64,000 bases of DNA from Leptonemataceae bacterium (GTDB taxonomy: Bacteria > Spirochaetota > Leptospiria > Leptospirales > Leptonemataceae): the NCBI GenBank assembly GCA_965227295.1, contig OZ245742.1:3424001-3488000 (forward strand), in the 5' to 3' direction. This document shows, piece by piece, positions 58,697 through 64,000 of the stretch (within the stretch, counting starts at the first letter, position 1; each line of letters starts with the position of its first letter). Both the position numbers and the translations under genes were made by a program. The notes beneath the pieces are model-generated. The model searched no databases. It had not been told where the DNA came from and saw only the letters and a program-made list of their open reading frames with translations.

Positions 58697-60373
58697 ATGC
58701 GCTCCGGCCGGATGTGCCTTTGCTCTTTCGTCCTGTCCGTAGTGTTCGCTCCGGCGTGCATCGGTCCGCTTCCCGGCGCGGACGAAAACGTCACAATGGC
58801 CGCCGCCCTGGCCATGCTCGCCGGCAGTGTTGCGCTTCCGCCCACGGGGACCGCCGCCATCACCAACGTCCGGAGCGGCGGTATTCTCGAATCCAACTAC
58901 CTGACCGGGACCTCTTCCGAGGGAGTCGTCGAGGTCTCTCTGAATAACGGCAGTTACAGCCTGGCTTCGCTCACTACCGGTACGAATTGGAAGTTCGCAT
59001 TGCCCGTCGGCTCTTCCGGGTTGCGCGCCGGTTCGGTGCATACCGCCGAGGTGCGCAGCCTCGGCGGGACTCCGGCGACGATTGCGTTTCGCAAGGGGAC
59101 GAATCGTGATCTAAACGGCGACGGCTACGACGATCTGGTGATCGGCGCGCCGTCCGCTTCTCGCGTCAGCGTCTACTATGGAAAGGCTTCCGGCCTTGCC
59201 GGCACTCTAACGGCCTCGGGCGGCGATCTCCTGTTGTCCAGTACCGTGGGAGACCAGTACGGAGCCACTATCGGCTTTGGTGATGAAAACGGCGACGGTT
59301 ACGCCGATCTTATCGTCGGGGCGCCGTCGCATAACACCAACATGGGCCGGGCCTACCTCTATCGCGGCAGCGCGACGGGCCTTACGGCGATGTCGGCGGC
59401 GTCCGCGGACAGCATCATCACCAGCGCGACCGCCTCGGACAGTTTCGGCCAGGCGGCCCTGATCTGCGATGTCAACGGTGACGGCTACGGAGATGTAGTG
59501 GTCTCGGCTTCGACGGGAACTGGAAACGGTGAAGTCCGGGTCTTTGCGAGCAGCGCCTCGGGGCTCGTGGCAAGTATTTCCGCGGCCGCGTCTACTACGG
59601 CTATCACCGGGGAGGGGACGAACCAGTCCTTCGGTCAACCCACGGCCTGCGGGGCCGACGTCAACTATGACGGCTACGAAGACCTCAGCGCCGGGGCAGG
59701 CACCTTCGGTACCGATCAGGGCCGGGTCTACGTTTATCACGGCAGCGCTTCCGGCCTTACTTCGGGCAATGCACTAACCCAGGCCGCCACGGCACTCACC
59801 GGCCTGACCGTCACGGAGCGACTCACCTCCGTGGCCTTCGGTTATCCCCAATCGGACAACTTCGCCGACCTGGCCATGGGCGCCCCGGCCTTCGGGGGCA
59901 ATCCGGCGAAGGGCTACTTCGCTGCCGGATCAACGACCGGCATCAGCGGTACCTTCGGCGCGGAATTTTCCGAGGAGTCTCTGTCCTCCGGTCTCGGGGC
60001 CGCCGTTGCCTGGGGCGACCTCAACGGCGACGGCCGGGACGATCTAATCCTCGGTGCAACTAGCTTAAGCCGGGTTTATGTTAAGTACTCTACCGGAAGC
60101 TTCTCCAACGCGGCGGTGAGCGGCTTCGACGCGGTGTTCCAGGCCGAGAACGCCTCTGATCAACTGGGCAGTGCGCTGCGCGCGGCCGACTTAAACGGTG
60201 ACGGTTACTACGATCTCATCATGGCGGCGCCGAACTACAGCACGGCCCTGGGGCGCGTGTATATCTTTTACGGTAGCGAGAGCGGCGTCGGCAGCGGAAG
60301 CATTGCCGTTTCCGGGGCGGCCACGATCATCACCGGCGATGTCGGCAGTGGGTTGTTCGGCCGCCTGCGCTGA
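58697..60373 (+). CDS. FG-GAP (integrin-alpha-like) repeat lipoprotein
   Basis: Repeated D(L/V)NGDGY.DL.IGAP motifs; lipobox-like APAC; start approximate. Confidence 0.9.
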   Translation: MRSGRMCLCSFVLSVVFAPACIGPLPGADENVTMAAALAMLAGSVALPPTGTAAITNVRSGGILESNYLTGTSSEGVVEVSLNNGSYSLASLTTGTNWKFALPVGSSGLRAGSVHTAEVRSLGGTPATIAFRKGTNRDLNGDGYDDLVIGAPSASRVSVYYGKASGLAGTLTASGGDLLLSSTVGDQYGATIGFGDENGDGYADLIVGAPSHNTNMGRAYLYRGSATGLTAMSAASADSIITSATASDSFGQAALICDVNGDGYGDVVVSASTGTGNGEVRVFASSASGLVASISAAASTTAITGEGTNQSFGQPTACGADVNYDGYEDLSAGAGTFGTDQGRVYVYHGSASGLTSGNALTQAATALTGLTVTERLTSVAFGYPQSDNFADLAMGAPAFGGNPAKGYFAAGSTTGISGTFGAEFSEESLSSGLGAAVAWGDLNGDGRDDLILGATSLSRVYVKYSTGSFSNAAVSGFDAVFQAENASDQLGSALRAADLNGDGYYDLIMAAPNYSTALGRVYIFYGSESGVGSGSIAVSGAATIITGDVGSGLFGRLR

Positions 60374-60375
60374 TC

Positions 60376-61197
60376 TCAGGCCGGGCGAAGACGCTTCGGC
60401 TGCCAGACAATCACGTCCAATCGTTTTGCGAAGTGCAACAACGGCTCCGTGCCCTTGAGAAGCTCGATGCCGGCCGCCGCGGCCGTGCTCTCCACGTCGA
60501 TGCGGGCCCGGGCGGGTTGCAGCGGCCACGGTACGTGATGAATCTCACCGCGATACACGTTCCCGCGCCGGTCCAGGGAGTACAGGCAGTACCGTTCCGT
60601 AAGCCAGTGATCCAGGCTGCCGGGCTGCGCGTGGTAGACCTCGCCCACGGGACCGTAACTACCGATGAAGTCGGCGGGGTTGGCACCACGATGAGTGCGA
60701 TGATGAGAGTAACGAATGCCCTTGTCGGAAGGCATTAATCGCATGCGCGCGTTGAAGTACGGTAAGTGAAACCAGGCGCGGGCCAGGGCCACGGCCACAA
60801 AGTTCGTTGCGTCGAGACTGAAGAAGTACACGCCCGGTTTGCCGTCGACGGTAACGTAGGTGCGCACGTTGAGTTCGGGAAAGGCGGAGAGCCAGGGCAG
60901 GGGCGGGCAGAAGCGCGGGCGAATGCCGCTCATGCGAAAGGGAACGACACCGACGAAGGCGCGCCGACGCTTCCCTTTTTCTTCGAAGAGATCCAGATCC
61001 AGGGAAGAGGGCACCAGTTCGCGGAGCGCGTTGGGATCCACTTCCCAGTGGGCGAAAAGCAGGTCGTGCCAGGACTGCGCCATAATCCACGGACCTGGCG
61101 GCATGGGATAGGGGCGGTGTTTGTTGATCTCCGGCAGCGCGGAAAAGGGAGAACGCAGCACGACCGCGACGATGTTTCCCGGCCCGGCGCGTTGCAA
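60376..61197 (-). CDS. DUF2071 (YqjF) family protein
   Basis: QSWHDLLFAHW, FPELNVRTYV, LTERY; start uncertain. Confidence 0.88.
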   Translation of the reverse strand: MQRAGPGNIVAVVLRSPFSALPEINKHRPYPMPPGPWIMAQSWHDLLFAHWEVDPNALRELVPSSLDLDLFEEKGKRRRAFVGVVPFRMSGIRPRFCPPLPWLSAFPELNVRTYVTVDGKPGVYFFSLDATNFVAVALARAWFHLPYFNARMRLMPSDKGIRYSHHRTHRGANPADFIGSYGPVGEVYHAQPGSLDHWLTERYCLYSLDRRGNVYRGEIHHVPWPLQPARARIDVESTAAAAGIELLKGTEPLLHFAKRLDVIVWQPKRLRPA

Positions 61198-61203
61198 GCT
61201 CTT

Positions 61204-62568
61204 TTAGGTAGCCGGCGTGCGCATGGTAACGAACTCTTCGGCCGCCGTGGGATGAATGCCGATGGTCTGATCGAAGACCGCCTTCGTGGCGCCGGCCTTG
61301 AGGGCTACGGCCAGGCCCTGCACGATCTCGCCGGCCTCGGGGCCGGCCATGTGTACGCCGAGGACCCGGTCGCTCCGTGCGTCCACGACGAGTTTCATGA
61401 GCGTCTTTTCGTCACGGCCGCTCAGGGTGTGCTTCAAGGGGCGAAAGACGGAACGGAAAATGTTTACGTCTCCGTGGCGTTCGCGTGCTTCTTTTTCCGT
61501 AAGTCCTACTGTTCCAATGTTAGGCGAACAGAAGACCGCGGTGGGGATGTTTTCGTAGTCCACAACGGTGGGCTGATTGCCGAAGAGATTCTTCGCCACG
61601 GCCGTGCCCTCGGCCAGGGCCACCGGCGTTAGCTGGTAACGATCGATGACGTCGCCCACGGCGTAGATGGACGGCACACTCGTCTGGTAGTGTTCGTCCA
61701 CGATGATCGCGTGCCGCGCCCCGGTGGCGACCCCGGCTTCTTTGAGGCCGAGTCCGTCGGTATTCGGCAGACGGCCGATGGCGCACAGAATCAGTTCGCT
61801 CTCGTGGACCTCATTGCCTTCCAGGCAGGTACGGTAGACGGTCCTGCCGTTCGCCTCGTGTTTCTCGATTCGATCGAAGTCGCGTTCGTAGAGAATGGTA
61901 ATGCCCTTCTTCTGCATTTCGTCGGAGACGTGCCGGCGAATGTCGTCGTCGAAGCCGCGCAGGATCAGGTTGCCGCGGTGGATCAACGTGGTTTCCACTC
62001 CCAGGCCGTGAAAGACGCTCGCGAACTCACAGGCAATGTAACCGCCGCCGGAGATGAGCGCACGGGGCGGCAATTCTTCGAGGGCGAAGATTTCGTTCGA
62101 AGATAAAAACAGATCGTTCCCGGGAAAGTCCGGCGCAAACGGCCGGCTGCCCACGGCGATGAGGATGTACTTCGCCGTAATCGTTTTGCCGCCGACGTCG
62201 ACGCTGTGTTCGTCGATGATTCGCGCCCGGCTGTCGTAGATGGTGACGCCGGCATTGATTAACATGTTACGGTAGATGCCGTTCAGGCGTTCGATCTCGC
62301 GGTCTTTGTTTTCGCGCAACGTCTTCCAGTCGAACTCCGGGCGTTGCGATTGCCAGCCGTAACCGCGCGCGTCTTCGAAGTCGTCTGCGAAGTGGGCCCC
62401 GTAGACGAAGAGTTTTTTCGGTACGCAGCCGACGTTGACGCAGGTGCCGCCCATGAATCGTTCTTCGGCAACGGCCACGCGCGCGCCGAAACCCGCGGAC
62501 AAGCGCGCCGCACGCACGCCGCCGGAACCCGCGCCGATGACGAATAGATCGTAGTCGAAATTACTCAC
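61204..62568 (-). CDS. gor: Glutathione-disulfide reductase
   Basis: [27 protein letters not shown]. Confidence 0.95.
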   Translation of the reverse strand: MSNFDYDLFVIGAGSGGVRAARLSAGFGARVAVAEERFMGGTCVNVGCVPKKLFVYGAHFADDFEDARGYGWQSQRPEFDWKTLRENKDREIERLNGIYRNMLINAGVTIYDSRARIIDEHSVDVGGKTITAKYILIAVGSRPFAPDFPGNDLFLSSNEIFALEELPPRALISGGGYIACEFASVFHGLGVETTLIHRGNLILRGFDDDIRRHVSDEMQKKGITILYERDFDRIEKHEANGRTVYRTCLEGNEVHESELILCAIGRLPNTDGLGLKEAGVATGARHAIIVDEHYQTSVPSIYAVGDVIDRYQLTPVALAEGTAVAKNLFGNQPTVVDYENIPTAVFCSPNIGTVGLTEKEARERHGDVNIFRSVFRPLKHTLSGRDEKTLMKLVVDARSDRVLGVHMAGPEAGEIVQGLAVALKAGATKAVFDQTIGIHPTAAEEFVTMRTPAT

Positions 62569-62636
62569 AATGCTTCGGACGATTGTATGGCCCGGGCGTT
62601 ACGAGGCACCTTCTTTTTTTGGGCTTTGCACGGATG

Positions 62637-63282
62637 CAAGAACCCGGTTCGGTGCGTTTGCCGTGAAAAAAGGAGCAAATCGCAAAACGCTGAAGGGTCT
62701 TTTTTGGCTACGGCTCTTCGGAGTTGTGGATTTTCGTATTGCTGAGAATGCTGCGTTCGACCCGGACGCTAATTGTGCGACTCAGCTACCATAGCGTTTC
62801 CTGCGACGAAGACGCCGTTCCGGTGCGCCTTGCCACACTTCCCCGGCATGACCTCCGTTCATCGGCTGGAACCAGCCGTACCCAATAAAGTCTTAATCCA
62901 AACTGGCCTCAACTTACACCACGATTCGGGGCGTGTTCGAATGACCGAAAAGTTTTCGGTAGTTCAAGGCTTGTGGCTCGCGGCGTTTGCCGTGAAAAAA
63001 GGGAGTAAATCGCCGAACGTTAAGGTGGTTTTTTTTGCTACAGCTGAGCGGGAGTTGTGGATTTTCGTTTTGTAAGTCGCGAATCCGCACCCGCTCCGCC
63101 CCGCGGAGAGAGCGGGGCTGCGGGGTGCGGATTCGCTTCATGGATTTTCCAGGGAGAAGACGCCGTTCCGGTGCGCCTTACCACACTTCCCCGGCATGAC
63201 CTCCGATCATCTGCTGGAACCAGCCGTACCCAAAAAAGTCTTAATCCAAACTGGCCTCAACTTACACCACGATTCGGGGCGT
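62637..63282 (+). repeat. Tandem array 3 of family A unit
   Basis: Anchors at 62811 and 63159, plus a leading partial unit. Confidence 0.95.
63079..63136. repeat. 58-bp REP-like hairpin (family C) nested in array 3
   Basis: Near-identical to 34414-34471 except mainly in the loop. Confidence 0.9.
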
Positions 63283-63290
63283 CTGCGAAT

Positions 63291-64000
63291 TCAAACAAGA
63301 AACGGCACCGTCTTTTCGTAGAGCCAGTCGGGCATCTTTTTCTTGAGCGTTTCGTCGATGAAGTCGCGGCGATAGCGGGGCGAGAAGTGAATGAGATACA
63401 ACCGCTCCACGTCGCGCAACGCCTCGGCGTTCGCAACGATTTCGTCGAGATGAATGTGGCCCCACTGCCGCGCGCGTTCCACCGGGCGTTTGTCGTCAAT
63501 GAACGTGCACTCCAGAAACAGAATCTTCGACTGACGGACGATTTCGTTTTCCAGAAGAAACTCGATCTGCGTATCGCCGGAGAAGGTAATGTGCGGGACG
63601 ACGGCGTCGTAAAACATATCGTCGCGTTCTTTCTTGAGCCGCGCAATCTCCGGGCCGGGCAGATTCAGGAACTCCGGCTTGAGCTTGCGCGTGCGTTCGA
63701 AGATGGAGTAACCGTTGGACGGCACCCGATGCACGCTGCGCACGGCGCGAAACTTCAGGGTCCCGCTGAGATCGTACTCGCGATCGTAGTCCAGGGCGTG
63801 GACGTTGTAGGTCGCTTCGAAGTCTTCGATCTCGAACCACAGGCGGAGGATTTCTTTGAGCGGCCTTTCGACTTCCGGCGGCACGTAGATGTCCGCGGGC
63901 GGCAGGCGGCGCAGATTGCGTTGGGATACGTGATAGGGAATGCCGGCGCTGTGATCCAGGTGGCCGTGGGTCAGCAGGATCGTCGGCACCTCGACCAGCC
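63291..64000 (-). CDS. Metallo-beta-lactamase-fold protein, RNase Z-like (5' end outside window)
   Basis: THGHLDH, HRVP, FSGDT, LECTF, GHIH, IHFSPRY. Confidence 0.85.
   Translation of the reverse strand, partial: LVEVPTILLTHGHLDHSAGIPYHVSQRNLRRLPPADIYVPPEVERPLKEILRLWFEIEDFEATYNVHALDYDREYDLSGTLKFRAVRSVHRVPSNGYSIFERTRKLKPEFLNLPGPEIARLKKERDDMFYDAVVPHITFSGDTQIEFLLENEIVRQSKILFLECTFIDDKRPVERARQWGHIHLDEIVANAEALRDVERLYLIHFSPRYRRDFIDETLKKKMPDWLYEKTVPFLV

Overview
High-GC bacterial chromosomal window. 7TM-DISM hybrid kinases, FG-GAP and DUF1566 lipoproteins and CHASE2 cyclases suggest a Leptospirales-like spirochaete (inference). It holds about 50 CDS, among them a coupled alpha-dioxygenase-like peroxidase/atypical lipoxygenase pair, a desaturase-P450-tandem gamma-CA operon divergent from an sAC-like cyclase, tandem ankyrin genes, lpxA, an ABC exporter, a TetR-regulated AtuA/DUF4387 island beside tRNA-Leu(CAG), hisB-hisH-hisA and gor. 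It also has a deleted IS5-family element and several gene remnants. The most striking unexplained feature is a non-coding ~330-bp unit found as tandem arrays at three loci (34261-35440, 43631-44687 inverted, 62637-63282; 9 anchor copies). The unit is a chain of short hairpins with pairing-preserving substitutions, its variable segments are shuffled between copies, the array ends are permuted, and each array starts within about 10 nt of a stop codon. Two other palindromic repeat families occur: a 58-bp hairpin nested in the arrays and a branched GNA-triloop element. No CRISPR array or cas genes were seen. All calls come from reading the sequence by eye, without database searches.
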